NCBI GenBank assembly: GCA_002418265.1
Contig: DIDS01000032.1
Coordinates: 76,396 to 140,395, forward strand
Length of the DNA stretch: 64,000 nucleotides
Source of the DNA: Acidimicrobiia bacterium UBA5794
GTDB taxonomy: Bacteria > Actinomycetota > Acidimicrobiia > Spongiisociales > UBA5794
Direction of reading: 5' to 3'
In this document: one piece after another, positions 17,393 to 27,620 of the stretch
How positions within the stretch are numbered: position 1 is the stretch's first letter
How the letters are laid out: each line of letters opens with the position of its first letter
Made by a program: the position numbers and the translations under genes
The notes under the pieces: model-generated
What the model saw: the letters and a program-made list of their open reading frames with translations, nothing else
What the model was told of the DNA's origin: nothing
Database searches by the model: none

Positions 17393-18977
17393 TGGCGCGG
17401 CGGTTCACACACTGAGTTTCGTTTTCGCGACCGAAAGCTCCGAACCGGTCTCAACCGGTGGCGTTGGCATGGGTGCGCTCGTCCTCACATTGGCAGTCAT
17501 CCTCCTGCTCAGTTGGATGGCTTATCTGTATGTCAACACTCGGAGAAAGCGGGCAGCAGCGAATGAGGCTGCGCCGCCCAACCTCGCTCAACCGATATCG
17601 GACGACGAGTTCGAGAACGTGAAGCTGACCCGTGTGCTTCGTGCAGCGCTGTTCGGATCCATCCTCCTTGCGATCGCCATGCCGTGGTATGCCCTCAATG
17701 AGCCTGACCGCCAAGCTGAGGCTGCCGAGATGATTGTTGATGCTGACATCGAGGCCGGGGCACATTGGTACAGCATCAACGGGTTCCAGTGTGTCAACTG
17801 CCATGGACCGTCTGCCGGGGGTGGTGCAGCACCGTTCACGGAGCCTCGTTCTGGTGTCGCCACCAGCTGGAAGGTTCCATCACTCAACGACATCTTTTTT
17901 CGATACACCGATGATGAGGTCAAGCATTGGATCGTCTTTGGACGTGACGGTACACCCATGCCGGCAAACGGTTTGGAGGGTGGCGGTGCCATGACCGTTC
18001 AGGAAGTCGATCAGGTCATGGCATACCTCAAGTCGATCCAGATCACTCAACAGGAAGCCTTCGCACAGGCAGAATCCGCCACCAGCCTCGCATTGGCGGC
18101 AATAGAGGGTGGTGCGACCGCTACCCGGGATCTGATCGCCGCCCAAGAGGCGAAGATCGCGTTGGTCAAAGATGCTGGACGCCAACTTGACATCATCGGT
18201 GGCTTCCCTGATGACATCAAGGATCTGTTCCAAGCTGATGGTTCATGCACTGTCGAATCGGCGGCACTCGTGACGGCTACGTGTGCCAATCCCGCTCCTG
18301 ACGCGGACAGGGATGGGCTGGCAGATGTCGTTGAGGGACCCCTGACGGCGATGGCAAACGCCACGCTTCAAGCCGTGGTGGGAGCCCCGGCGACTGCTCA
18401 GGCGATTTACTCGTTCACGTTTGACCCAACGAATGCCTTCACCAACGAAGATCCTGTTGCGAAGGCGCCTCTGCCCGACCTTGAAGCGGCGAAGGAATTC
18501 CTCAATGCCGTCGAAACAGAGGTGCTACTGCTCGGAGTCACGTTCGACCGTGAAGACGCATTTCTTGCCGATCTGGTTTCGGGACTCGACTTCCTGAACG
18601 CGGCCGCCGAGACCCAACTGTGGGACGTCGACTATGACGCGAAGGCAGTCGAGATGGACGTCACCTTGGAAGAAGCAAAGCAGGCAGCCGGGTTGTTCAA
18701 CGCCTACTGTGCCCGCTGCCACACCGGTGGATACTCTGCAGGTGCGGCATTCGAACAGGGAGCCGGGTCGGGAGCGTGGGGTCCTTCCCTTCTCGACAAC
18801 CGCGCAGTCACCCAGTTTCCCGAGATCCAAGATCACATCAATTTCATCATCGATGGATCTGAGGACGCGAAGAAGTACGGAATCAATGGGCTCGGATCCG
18901 GTCGTATGCCTGCGTTCGGTGAAATCCTGTCGGTGACACAGATTGAGCTCATCGCCAAGTACGAAAGGACATTGTGA
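17385..18977 (+). CDS. Membrane-anchored diheme cytochrome c (start uncertain)
   Basis: Two TM helices; CVNCH with MPA and CARCH with MPAFG. Confidence 0.9.
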   Translation: MFDGAAVHTLSFVFATESSEPVSTGGVGMGALVLTLAVILLLSWMAYLYVNTRRKRAAANEAAPPNLAQPISDDEFENVKLTRVLRAALFGSILLAIAMPWYALNEPDRQAEAAEMIVDADIEAGAHWYSINGFQCVNCHGPSAGGGAAPFTEPRSGVATSWKVPSLNDIFFRYTDDEVKHWIVFGRDGTPMPANGLEGGGAMTVQEVDQVMAYLKSIQITQQEAFAQAESATSLALAAIEGGATATRDLIAAQEAKIALVKDAGRQLDIIGGFPDDIKDLFQADGSCTVESAALVTATCANPAPDADRDGLADVVEGPLTAMANATLQAVVGAPATAQAIYSFTFDPTNAFTNEDPVAKAPLPDLEAAKEFLNAVETEVLLLGVTFDREDAFLADLVSGLDFLNAAAETQLWDVDYDAKAVEMDVTLEEAKQAAGLFNAYCARCHTGGYSAGAAFEQGAGSGAWGPSLLDNRAVTQFPEIQDHINFIIDGSEDAKKYGINGLGSGRMPAFGEILSVTQIELIAKYERTL

Positions 18978-19492
18978 TGCCGAACCCCAAGCGCGACTTC
19001 ATCGATGTCATTCGCAGGGACGAGTCAGGGCTTTCGAAGCTCGAAATGCTCGGTCTGATTGCCTTCATCCTGTCCCTGCTCGCCATGGTCCCGTTCATCA
19101 GAGACTTCACGATCAACCTCGTGGGAACGGTCTTCGATCAATTTGACGAAGAGACGGGGCAGCACAGCGACCTGTCCATTGCAGCACGCGGGATCGTGAT
19201 CGTGGCTGGCGCCGTCCTCGTTTTCATCGGCTCCGGTTGGCTGATTCTTTGGACCGACGTGGGAAAACGCCTTGCCTTCTTGCTCACCGGAGCCGCCACG
19301 TTTGGATGGCTGACCGTCAACGGAATTTTGTTCACCGTGTACGCACCGCGAGGTATCCGACCCGCGAACCTCGAGGGACTCAGTGCCCTCCAGATGCGTC
19401 TCCCGGCCATAGCGATGTCCCTTGGTGCTTTCGTTCTCTTCCTGATGTTCTCCGTAGCCCTCACCCGCTACGAGGCAGATGTGGAGGAATGA
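18974..19492 (+). CDS. Uncharacterised ~4-TM membrane protein
   Basis: Hydrophobic helices; overlaps the upstream stop. Confidence 0.7.
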   Translation: MMPNPKRDFIDVIRRDESGLSKLEMLGLIAFILSLLAMVPFIRDFTINLVGTVFDQFDEETGQHSDLSIAARGIVIVAGAVLVFIGSGWLILWTDVGKRLAFLLTGAATFGWLTVNGILFTVYAPRGIRPANLEGLSALQMRLPAIAMSLGAFVLFLMFSVALTRYEADVEE

Positions 19493-19561
19493 ATCGCCAA
19501 AGGCGATTCACTCCGGCTTTCAGCTGAATCGTCCGTGAGCCGATGGCTCACGGACGATTCA
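19490..19561. terminator. Two tandem perfect hairpins at a convergent junction (probable bidirectional terminator)
   Basis: TGAATCGCC-aaa-GGCGATTCA (19490-19510) and TGAATCGTCCGTGAGCC-gat-GGCTCACGGACGATTCA (19525-19561). Confidence 0.7.
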
Positions 19562-20168
19562 AGTGATACGCCAAGATTCCGAGTTCGGTTGACAGGTCGA
19601 CCCTCCGCACGGAGACGTCCTCGTGGGTCTTCAGTGTTGTTGGTGCCAGGTTGAGGATGGATCTGACGCCAGCCTCGATGAGTCGGTCCGCGGCGCTCTG
19701 GGCAGCGGAAGGGGGAGTGGCGATGATTCCGATCTTGATCGCCTTGGCCTTGACGATCTGGGGGAGACGGTGCAGAGACTCGACGATGAGTCCATCCACC
19801 CGCGTGCCGATCTTGTCCTCGTCCACATCCACGATCGCTTCAATTTCGAAACCCCAGTTCTCGAAGCCACCATAATTCGCGAGCGCAGTTCCGAGATTCC
19901 CGGCACCAATGATCACAACGGGATGGTCGTTGAGCATTCCGAGTGCCTTGCGGATTTGGGCACGCAGCTCGCCGATGTCATAGCCGACTCCCCGGGTGCC
20001 ATGACTCCCGAGGTAGGACAGGTCTTTGCGAACCTGTGCCGCGTTGACACCAGCGACTTCAGCCAACTCCTCGGAGGAGCACCCTGACGCGGTCTCAGCC
20101 ATGTCGGACAAACAGCGGAGGTATCGCGGCAGCCTCGCAACGGTCGCTGATGGGATTCGTGTCGTCAT
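19548..20168 (-). CDS. rex: Redox-sensing transcriptional repressor Rex
   Basis: IPSATVARLPRYLR, AQVRKDLSYLGSHGTRGVGY, GAGNLG; start at ATG 20168. Confidence 0.97.
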   Translation of the reverse strand: MTTRIPSATVARLPRYLRCLSDMAETASGCSSEELAEVAGVNAAQVRKDLSYLGSHGTRGVGYDIGELRAQIRKALGMLNDHPVVIIGAGNLGTALANYGGFENWGFEIEAIVDVDEDKIGTRVDGLIVESLHRLPQIVKAKAIKIGIIATPPSAAQSAADRLIEAGVRSILNLAPTTLKTHEDVSVRRVDLSTELGILAYHLNRP

Positions 20169-20257
20169 CTGTTTGAGGTTAGGACGGCTTGTTGCTGACG
20201 CTGAATCCAGTTCCGATGATTTCTGGTCGAGCCGGAGCACCAGTATCCTCACACTTC

Positions 20258-20680
20258 ATGGAGTTCGCCGATTACCTACCCATCGCACTGATGTCAATCC
20301 TCGGTATTGGTTTTGCCGGAGTGTCGATATTTCTGTCGAAGAAACTGGCCCCTCACAACCCGACTCCAGAGAAGCTTGCTCCGTACGAATGTGGGATCGT
20401 TCCGCTACAGGATCCTGTCATCCGTTTCCCGGTCAAGTTCTATCTCGTGGCCATGCTGTTTGTGATCTTCGATGTGGAGATCGTCTTCCTGTTCCTGTGG
20501 GCGGTCCGGATGGATCAGTTCGGATGGGTCGGCATTGGGGCTGTCGTCCTGTTCATGTTGATGCTCATCGAAACGCTTGGGTACGTCTGGAAACGTGGTG
20601 CACTCGACTGGAACGTTGCCAGACGCGCAAGAAACCGTCGTGTCGTAGCACCTGTCGCCACGCTCGATGAGGCTGCGTGA
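20258..20680 (+). CDS. nuoA: NADH-quinone oxidoreductase subunit A
   Basis: [27 protein letters not shown]. Confidence 0.95.
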   Translation: MEFADYLPIALMSILGIGFAGVSIFLSKKLAPHNPTPEKLAPYECGIVPLQDPVIRFPVKFYLVAMLFVIFDVEIVFLFLWAVRMDQFGWVGIGAVVLFMLMLIETLGYVWKRGALDWNVARRARNRRVVAPVATLDEAA

Positions 20681-21165
20681 TGGCCTCTCAATCAACCGCA
20701 CCGGGAATTCTCATGACCACCCTTGAGAAGGGTGTCAACTGGGCACGGACCCAGTCCATGTGGCCCGCGTCGTTCGGACTTGCGTGTTGCGCAATCGAGA
20801 TGATGGGGACCGGTGCGGCCCACAACGACCTGGCACGATTCGGAATGGAGATCTTCCGGGCCTCACCCCGCCAAGCAGATCTCATGATCGTGGCAGGCCG
20901 TGTATCGCAGAAGATGGCTCCCGTTCTCCGACAGGTGTATGACCAGATGGTTGAACCGAAGTGGGTCCTCTCCATGGGTGCGTGCGCCTCGACGGGAGGC
21001 ATGTTCAACAACTATGCGCTCGTACAGGGGGTCGATCAGGTCGTGCCTGTGGACATGTACGTCCCCGGATGCCCGCCGGGCCCCCAGTCCCTCATGCACG
21101 GGATCCTGACCCTCCAGCAAATGATCATGGACGGCAAGATTCAGAATTCCACAGGGGTGCTGTGA
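20677..21165 (+). CDS. nuoB: NADH-quinone oxidoreductase subunit B
   Basis: [20 protein letters not shown]. Confidence 0.97.
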   Translation: MMASQSTAPGILMTTLEKGVNWARTQSMWPASFGLACCAIEMMGTGAAHNDLARFGMEIFRASPRQADLMIVAGRVSQKMAPVLRQVYDQMVEPKWVLSMGACASTGGMFNNYALVQGVDQVVPVDMYVPGCPPGPQSLMHGILTLQQMIMDGKIQNSTGVL

Positions 21166-21166
21166 A

Positions 21167-21742
21167 ATGACCGATGCCACATCGACGCCCGCTGATGCCG
21201 CGGGAAACCAAGACGCTGGCACCGAGCAAGAACCGATGTCACCAACCATTGAGAATGCTCTGATCGCAACTGCGTTTGCCGAGGTGGTTGGTGTTGACGA
21301 CGTAACCGAACACAAGTACGCCTCATCCGACACCACATACCATTTTGCCCACGTCGACCCAAGGTCGTGGCTTGACGCCATCGCGGGCGCCAAGGATGCC
21401 GGGTTCGACTTCTTCATTGACCTGTATGCGGTGGATCACTTTTCCCAGGCTCCCCGTTTCGAGGTTGGGATCAATCTTGTGTCAATGGAGATGAACCAGC
21501 GACTCATCATTTCGACAAGAGTCCCCTATGACGAGCCAACGCTCCCATCAGCGACCGGTCTGTTCGTTGGTGCCAACTTCTATGAGCGTGAGGCGTATGA
21601 CCTTTTTGGGATCGGATTCGTCGGACACCCTGACCTCACACGCATTCTCCTCCCAGACGATTGGGAGGGACATCCGCTTCTCAAGGACTATGGAGCAACA
21701 CCGATCCCTGTCGAGTTCAAGGCCGGGAGCGCTGATCTATGA
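21167..21742 (+). CDS. nuoC: NADH-quinone oxidoreductase subunit C
   Basis: [33 protein letters not shown]. Confidence 0.95.
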   Translation: MTDATSTPADAAGNQDAGTEQEPMSPTIENALIATAFAEVVGVDDVTEHKYASSDTTYHFAHVDPRSWLDAIAGAKDAGFDFFIDLYAVDHFSQAPRFEVGINLVSMEMNQRLIISTRVPYDEPTLPSATGLFVGANFYEREAYDLFGIGFVGHPDLTRILLPDDWEGHPLLKDYGATPIPVEFKAGSADL

Positions 21743-23181
21743 GCGACACCACCAACATCCCGGACAATGAGATGATCGACGCAGCCGCGGTCGCAACCGA
21801 TGACAGTGCCGGGACGCACGATCGGGAGTCGGGTGAAACCCGACGTCGTGACATCCATACGATCTGGGTCAGTGGGACGGAGGAGCGTTACCCCTTCGCC
21901 GCTGAAACCGGTGAGGGCGCCCAAGAAATGCTGCCAGCGGACGTCGACCCCACCGCCCGTCTCCAGGGTGGAATCGTGGTCGACGACGACTATGTGTCCC
22001 AAGGCGAGGATGACCCAAGCGAACGCCAGATCATCAACATGGGTCCCCAGCATCCCTCGACGCACGGCGTGCTCCGGCTTCAACTGGAGCTCGAGGGCGA
22101 AACCATCAAGCGCGTGAAACCGATCATTGGGTACCTCCATACCGGTATGGAAAAGACCGCCGAGACACTCAACTATGCCCAAGGCTCAACGAATGTCACC
22201 CGAATGGACTATCTCGCCCCGTTCAACAATGAGCTCACGTTCTCTCTGACGGTCGAGCAGCTCCTCGGTATCGACGTCCCCGAACGTGCCCAAGCCATCC
22301 GCGTTCTCATGACCGAGCTGGACCGGGTGGCGAGCCACCTCATTTGGGCCGCCACCCAGGGCATGGACATCGGGGCGGTCTCGATGATGATCTACGGCTG
22401 GCGCGAGCGTGAGATCTGTCTCGATTTCTTTGAGACGGTGACTGGGCTTCGGATGAATCACAATTACATCCGTCCCGGGGGTGTCGCAGCCGATCTTCCT
22501 GATGGCTGGGAGGACGGCGTGACCAACCTCATCGCAAAGGTTTCCGTCGGCGTGGACGAATATGAGGAACTGCTCAACGACACTTCGATCTTCCTCGACC
22601 GCACCTTGGGTGTCGGTGTGATCACCCCTGAAGAATGCAAGCAGTACGGCATCACGGGACCCATTGCACGCGCATCGGGTGTCAACTGGGATCTCCGCAA
22701 GTCGGCCCCTTACAGCGGTATCGACAAGTATGAGTTCCACGTACCGCTCGGCCGCTACGGAGATGTACACGACCGTTGGCTCGTTCGTATGGCCGAGATC
22801 CGCGAGTCGCTCAAGATCGTCAAACAGGTGATGGACACGATTCCCGAGGGCGACTACCGCCATGAGGATCGCAAGATCACACCACCACCGCGCAAACGCA
22901 TCGATGAGTCAATGGAGGCGCTCATTCATCACTTCAAGCTCTTCACCGAGGGGATACTTGTTCCACCGGGCACCGCATATCAATCCGTTGAGGGTCCCCG
23001 CGGTGAGCTTGGATGTCTGATGGTCTCCAAAGGCGGTGCACGGCCATGGAGGATGCACTGGCGGGCCCCGTCGTTTGCAGCCGTGCAGGCCCTGCCCGTC
23101 ATGCTGACAGACTCTCTTGTGGCAGACGTCATCGCCTCACTGGCCTCAAGCGATCCGGTACTGGGAGATGTGGATCGATGA
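21739..23181 (+). CDS. nuoD: NADH-quinone oxidoreductase subunit D
   Basis: [37 protein letters not shown]; long acidic N-terminal extension. Confidence 0.97.
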   Translation: MSDTTNIPDNEMIDAAAVATDDSAGTHDRESGETRRRDIHTIWVSGTEERYPFAAETGEGAQEMLPADVDPTARLQGGIVVDDDYVSQGEDDPSERQIINMGPQHPSTHGVLRLQLELEGETIKRVKPIIGYLHTGMEKTAETLNYAQGSTNVTRMDYLAPFNNELTFSLTVEQLLGIDVPERAQAIRVLMTELDRVASHLIWAATQGMDIGAVSMMIYGWREREICLDFFETVTGLRMNHNYIRPGGVAADLPDGWEDGVTNLIAKVSVGVDEYEELLNDTSIFLDRTLGVGVITPEECKQYGITGPIARASGVNWDLRKSAPYSGIDKYEFHVPLGRYGDVHDRWLVRMAEIRESLKIVKQVMDTIPEGDYRHEDRKITPPPRKRIDESMEALIHHFKLFTEGILVPPGTAYQSVEGPRGELGCLMVSKGGARPWRMHWRAPSFAAVQALPVMLTDSLVADVIASLASSDPVLGDVDR

Positions 23182-23807
23182 CCAGTCCCATTGCAAACTG
23201 GTCGCCGGAGAATCAAGAGCGAGCCAACAAGATCCTCGCCACCTATCCCGAGAAGCGTTCAGCAATCATGCCGCTGCTGTACCTTGCCAGCCTTGAGCAC
23301 AACCATGCATCCAATGAGGCGATGTGTCAGGTGGCCGAACTCATCGGCATCACACCCTCACAGGTGCGGTCAGTGTCGACGTTCTACACGATGTTCAAAC
23401 AAGAACCGGTCGGCAAATATCTTGTGTCGGTATGCACATCGATCTCCTGCCACCTCCTCGGTGGGAACGAGGTGTTTGATTCCGTTTCCGATGCTGCCGG
23501 TGTCGGGCACAACCAAACCACCGAAGATGGACAGATATCCGTTGAACACGTCGAGTGCATCGGTGCATGTGGTGGGGCGCCAGCCGTGCAGGTCAACTAC
23601 GAACTGATCGAAGGCGTCACTCCTGACAAGGCACGGGCTCTCGTTGAATGGCTCACCCAGACAACGCCAGCGGTTGTCCTCGCCGATGAGATGCAACAGC
23701 TCTTCGGAGGTCAACGATCCTTTGACTGGGGGCCCGCAGAACATGCCGGGGCCATTGCGCCCGTCCCTGCATTCGGTCCCTACGGATCGGCTGGGGGCGA
23801 CCAATGA
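23178..23807 (+). CDS. nuoE: NADH-quinone oxidoreductase subunit E
   Basis: TFYTMF, CTSISC, ECIGAC; start MTSPIAN coupled to nuoD (ATGA). Confidence 0.95.
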   Translation: MTSPIANWSPENQERANKILATYPEKRSAIMPLLYLASLEHNHASNEAMCQVAELIGITPSQVRSVSTFYTMFKQEPVGKYLVSVCTSISCHLLGGNEVFDSVSDAAGVGHNQTTEDGQISVEHVECIGACGGAPAVQVNYELIEGVTPDKARALVEWLTQTTPAVVLADEMQQLFGGQRSFDWGPAEHAGAIAPVPAFGPYGSAGGDQ

Positions 23808-25093
23808 CGACCCAGATCCTCACCGCACGGATGGAAGCTCACCCTTCCGACAGCCACACCATCGAGCGCTATCTCGATACGGGGGGATACGCGACGCTCA
23901 AGAAAACCGTGGCCTCGTCGAAGCGAGAAGACATCGTTGAGCAGGTCAAGGCATCGAACATCCGTGGCCGTGGCGGCGCTGGTTTTCCCATGGGTATGAA
24001 ATGGGGCTTCTTGGCTGCCAGCGACCCGAAATATCTCGTTGTCAATGCTGACGAATCAGAGCCGGGAACCTTCAAGGACCGTCAGCTTCTGGAACGCGAT
24101 CCACACCAGCTCATCGAGGGAATAGCGATTGCCAGCTTCGCACTCGGCGTCAACCGAGCATTTGTTTATATCCGTGGTGAGTATTCGAAACCAGCAAGGC
24201 GACTCCAGCGTGCCGTCGAGGAAGCCCATGAAGCGGGCTACCTGGGAGAGAACATTGCCGGGTCCGGATTCTCGCTCGATGTTACGGTTCACCTCGGCGC
24301 CGGCGCCTACATCTGTGGTGAAGAGACGGCCCTCCTCAACAGTATCGAGGGACGCCGAGGAGAACCGCGGCTCAAGCCACCCTTCCCAGCCGTTGAGGGT
24401 TTGTACGCGAGGCCGACGATCGTCAACAACGTCGAGTCGTTGAGCAATGTCCCATGGATCGTGGCCAACGGTGGCGAGGCATACGCAGCAATCGGACCGG
24501 AACGATCCGCAGGGACACGCATGTTCTCGCTGTCGGGCCATGTCAAGAAGCCGGGAAACTACGAGATCGTGATGGGTATGTCATGGCGCGATCTGATATA
24601 CGGAATCGGTGGGGGCATCAGGGATGACAATGAACTCAAGACCTGGATTCCCGGTGGTGCATCCTCCCCATGGCTGATCCCTGAACATCTCGACACGGCC
24701 ATCACGATCGATGGCGTTGTCGAGTTTGGGACCATGCTTGGTTCGGGCGCCGTTGTGGTGATGGACGAAACGACCGATGTCGTTGCAGCAGCTCACAGCA
24801 TCGTTCGCTTCTTCGCTCACGAATCGTGCGGACAATGCACCCCGTGTCGTGAGGGCACCAAATGGCTTCAGGACATCCTCGAACGGATCATGGCCGGGAA
24901 CGGGCGACCCGAGGACGTCGACCTCCTCCTCGACGTGTCGGACAACATCTCTCCAGGACTCGTGTGGCCGCCCGCAATGACGACCATCTGTCCCCTCGGT
25001 CCCTCGGCGACTGCACCGATCATCTCAATCACGAAGTATTTCCTCGATGAGGTCAATGCCGCCATCGAAGGAAGGCAGGCAGCCGTTGTCTGA
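23804..25093 (+). CDS. nuoF: NADH-quinone oxidoreductase subunit F
   Basis: GRGGAGF, NADESEPGTFKDR, GAYICGEETAL, SCGQCTPCREG. Confidence 0.97.
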   Translation: MTTQILTARMEAHPSDSHTIERYLDTGGYATLKKTVASSKREDIVEQVKASNIRGRGGAGFPMGMKWGFLAASDPKYLVVNADESEPGTFKDRQLLERDPHQLIEGIAIASFALGVNRAFVYIRGEYSKPARRLQRAVEEAHEAGYLGENIAGSGFSLDVTVHLGAGAYICGEETALLNSIEGRRGEPRLKPPFPAVEGLYARPTIVNNVESLSNVPWIVANGGEAYAAIGPERSAGTRMFSLSGHVKKPGNYEIVMGMSWRDLIYGIGGGIRDDNELKTWIPGGASSPWLIPEHLDTAITIDGVVEFGTMLGSGAVVVMDETTDVVAAAHSIVRFFAHESCGQCTPCREGTKWLQDILERIMAGNGRPEDVDLLLDVSDNISPGLVWPPAMTTICPLGPSATAPIISITKYFLDEVNAAIEGRQAAVV

Positions 25094-27620
25094 TACAAAG
25101 AACGCCCCAGAGATGGTCAACATCACGATCAACGGGATCCAGCACGAAGCCGTAGCGGGGGAGCGTGTCATCATTGCTGCCGAAAAGGCGGGCGAGTACA
25201 TCCCTCGGTTTTGCCACCATCCCAAGCTTGACCCGGTCGGCAAGTGTCGCCAATGTCTTGTTGAGGTCGAAGGACCCCGCGGCAAACAGCTGCTGCCGAG
25301 TTGTGCCATCTACGTGACCGATGGCATGGTGATCGACACCCAGTCCGATGTGGTCAAGAAGGCACAAAAGGGTGTGCTTGAGTATTTGTTGATCAATCAT
25401 CCCCTTGACTGCCCTGTCTGTGACAAGGCAGGCGAATGTCCGCTTCAGGACCAGACGATGACCCACGGGCCTGGTGAAAGTCGGTTCGTGGAGGCAAAAC
25501 GAAAGTTCAAGAAGCCGATCCCTGTCTCCGACCTGGTCCTCCTCGACCGGGAACGCTGCATCCTTTGTGACCGATGCGTGCGGGTGGCCGACCAGATCGC
25601 CGGTGATCCGCTGATCACGTTCAACGAGCGCGGGAATCAGACACAGATCCTGACCTTTCCCAACGAGCCATTTGCTTCGTACTTTTCGGGAAACACCGTC
25701 CAGGTCTGCCCGGTTGGGGCCCTGACCTCGACCGACTACCGCTTCCGTGCCCGCCCATGGGACCTTGAGATCACCCCCACGGTCTCGCTTCGTGACACCG
25801 TTCACTCCAACGCCGAAATCAACACCAGCCGAGGCAGAGTGATCCGGGTCTACGGGGCAACCAACGACCACGTCAATGACGGCTGGCTGTCGGACAAGGA
25901 TCGTTTCTCGTTCGGGGCGATCAACTCGGACGAGAGGGTGACGACACCGCTGCGCAAGACAGGAACCGGTTTCGAGGAAATCACCTGGGCAGATGCAATC
26001 GATACGGTTTCGGCCAGACTCGGTGCGATGATCGGCACCGAGGTGGGGTCCATCGGAGGAGCCAACAACACCAACGAAGAGGCCTACGCCCTTTCGAAGT
26101 TCATGCGAACCGTCATTGGATCCCCCCACGTTGATGCCCAGCTCGGTGACGGGTTTGAACCCCAGCTTGCCGCCGCCGTGATTCCAAGGGCAAAGATCGA
26201 CGATATCGATGCTGCAACAACGATCCTTGTGTGGGGACCCGACCTGAAGGAACGACTCCCCGTCCTGTACCTCAGGGTTCGAAAGGCCGTGCGTAACGGC
26301 GCCAACCTCGTTGTCGTTGCTCCCACCCGTACCGGACTCGATGCGATCGCAACTCATGTCATTCGGTATCGGGCCGGGTCTGGTCAGGACGTGATTCGCA
26401 AGCTCGCCAACGCCGACAAGAGCATGACGGCGATTCTTGAAACCCTCGCCGAAGGGCCGGTTGTCACCCTCTTCGGACGAACGTCGATCGCAGAGGATCC
26501 CCGTCTTGCCGAATCGGTTGCTGCATACGGACGAACTCTTGACGGCGCCAAGCTGATGCCGCTCCTTCAGCGGGCGAATGTTTTCGGTGCACTCGACATG
26601 GGGCTGGCACCGAACCTTCTCCCTGGCCGAATTTCGACGACCGACACCGATGCCAGTTCCCACATTGAGGAAACCTGGGGGCCATTGCCCGATGCTTTGG
26701 GGCGCGACACCGCCGCAATGCTGTCTGGTGCCGTTTCCGGTGACATCAGGGCACTCATTCTGGTCGGTGCCGACCCAGTACGCGATTTTCCGGATCCCCA
26801 AGCAGCAGAAAAGGCACTCGAAGAAGCAGAGTTTGTGGTTGCGATCGACGCATTCGTCACCGATTCGAGTCGCCATGCCGACATCATCCTGCCTGCTGCG
26901 CTGTGGAGTGAGGTCGAAGGGACCGTGACGAATCTCGAAGGGAGGGTTCAGGTCGTCGGTGCGGCACTTCCCCCGAAGGGACAGGCTCGGTCGGTGATTG
27001 GGATGCTCAACGACATCGCCACTTCCATGGGTGCAGAGCTGACGTCGTTCGACGTGTCAGTGGTATCGAAAGAGATCGCAACGGTTGCTCCCGCGTACCA
27101 GGGGATCACTCGAGACGGGATTGTCTTCACATCGTCAGGTGCCGGTATCGTCGTTCCGTCCCAGGAGGCGGAGATCATCGTCGAGATGGCACCACGATAC
27201 GCAAGCATGGCACCGGACGCGGTTCCCACGGAGGCCTCGGGATCGGCCGTCATCGTGCCGGCACAAGGCACTCAGCCCCTCGGATACATTCCAACCGATC
27301 AGGCGGTTCCGATGGTCACCGACCGCTACACGTTGCACTATGCACCTGCCATGTACGACGACGGCGTCATCACCCGGCATGCCCCGTCGATCGCAGATCT
27401 GGTCAGAGACCCAACGGTGGGCCTCAACCCAAGGGATGCCTCGATTCTCGCAGTTGCGAACGGCTCGATCGTTGTCGTGGACGGCAGTGTTGAACTGCCG
27501 GTCCGTATCGACGAAGCCGTCCCGGAAGGTTCCGTTGTGTTGCCGTTCAACCATGCTGCCACCAAGGGACTTCAGGCAGTTCCTGCCGTAACCGTCGAGC
27601 CGATCCGGGATGAATCATGA
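25086..27620 (+). CDS. nuoG: NADH-quinone oxidoreductase subunit G (start TTG 25086 or ATG 25113)
   Basis: FCHHP...CRQC, HPLDCPVCDKAGEC, CILCDRC, CPVGAL; no N7 cysteines. Confidence 0.95.
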   Translation: MSDTKNAPEMVNITINGIQHEAVAGERVIIAAEKAGEYIPRFCHHPKLDPVGKCRQCLVEVEGPRGKQLLPSCAIYVTDGMVIDTQSDVVKKAQKGVLEYLLINHPLDCPVCDKAGECPLQDQTMTHGPGESRFVEAKRKFKKPIPVSDLVLLDRERCILCDRCVRVADQIAGDPLITFNERGNQTQILTFPNEPFASYFSGNTVQVCPVGALTSTDYRFRARPWDLEITPTVSLRDTVHSNAEINTSRGRVIRVYGATNDHVNDGWLSDKDRFSFGAINSDERVTTPLRKTGTGFEEITWADAIDTVSARLGAMIGTEVGSIGGANNTNEEAYALSKFMRTVIGSPHVDAQLGDGFEPQLAAAVIPRAKIDDIDAATTILVWGPDLKERLPVLYLRVRKAVRNGANLVVVAPTRTGLDAIATHVIRYRAGSGQDVIRKLANADKSMTAILETLAEGPVVTLFGRTSIAEDPRLAESVAAYGRTLDGAKLMPLLQRANVFGALDMGLAPNLLPGRISTTDTDASSHIEETWGPLPDALGRDTAAMLSGAVSGDIRALILVGADPVRDFPDPQAAEKALEEAEFVVAIDAFVTDSSRHADIILPAALWSEVEGTVTNLEGRVQVVGAALPPKGQARSVIGMLNDIATSMGAELTSFDVSVVSKEIATVAPAYQGITRDGIVFTSSGAGIVVPSQEAEIIVEMAPRYASMAPDAVPTEASGSAVIVPAQGTQPLGYIPTDQAVPMVTDRYTLHYAPAMYDDGVITRHAPSIADLVRDPTVGLNPRDASILAVANGSIVVVDGSVELPVRIDEAVPEGSVVLPFNHAATKGLQAVPAVTVEPIRDES

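Noticed and set aside
20169-20257. Rex operator (TTGTGAA-N4-TTCACAA) at rex/nuoA or the other respiratory promoters
   Set aside because: No convincing match by eye here, at 13614-13809 or at 41160-41305; Rex control is plausible but unsupported.
25053-26876. 607-aa antisense ORF, and similar long shadow ORFs (9382-10302, 47520-48560, 55824-56798)
   Set aside because: They lie opposite well-conserved genes and have no motifs; expected from GC-rich codon bias.
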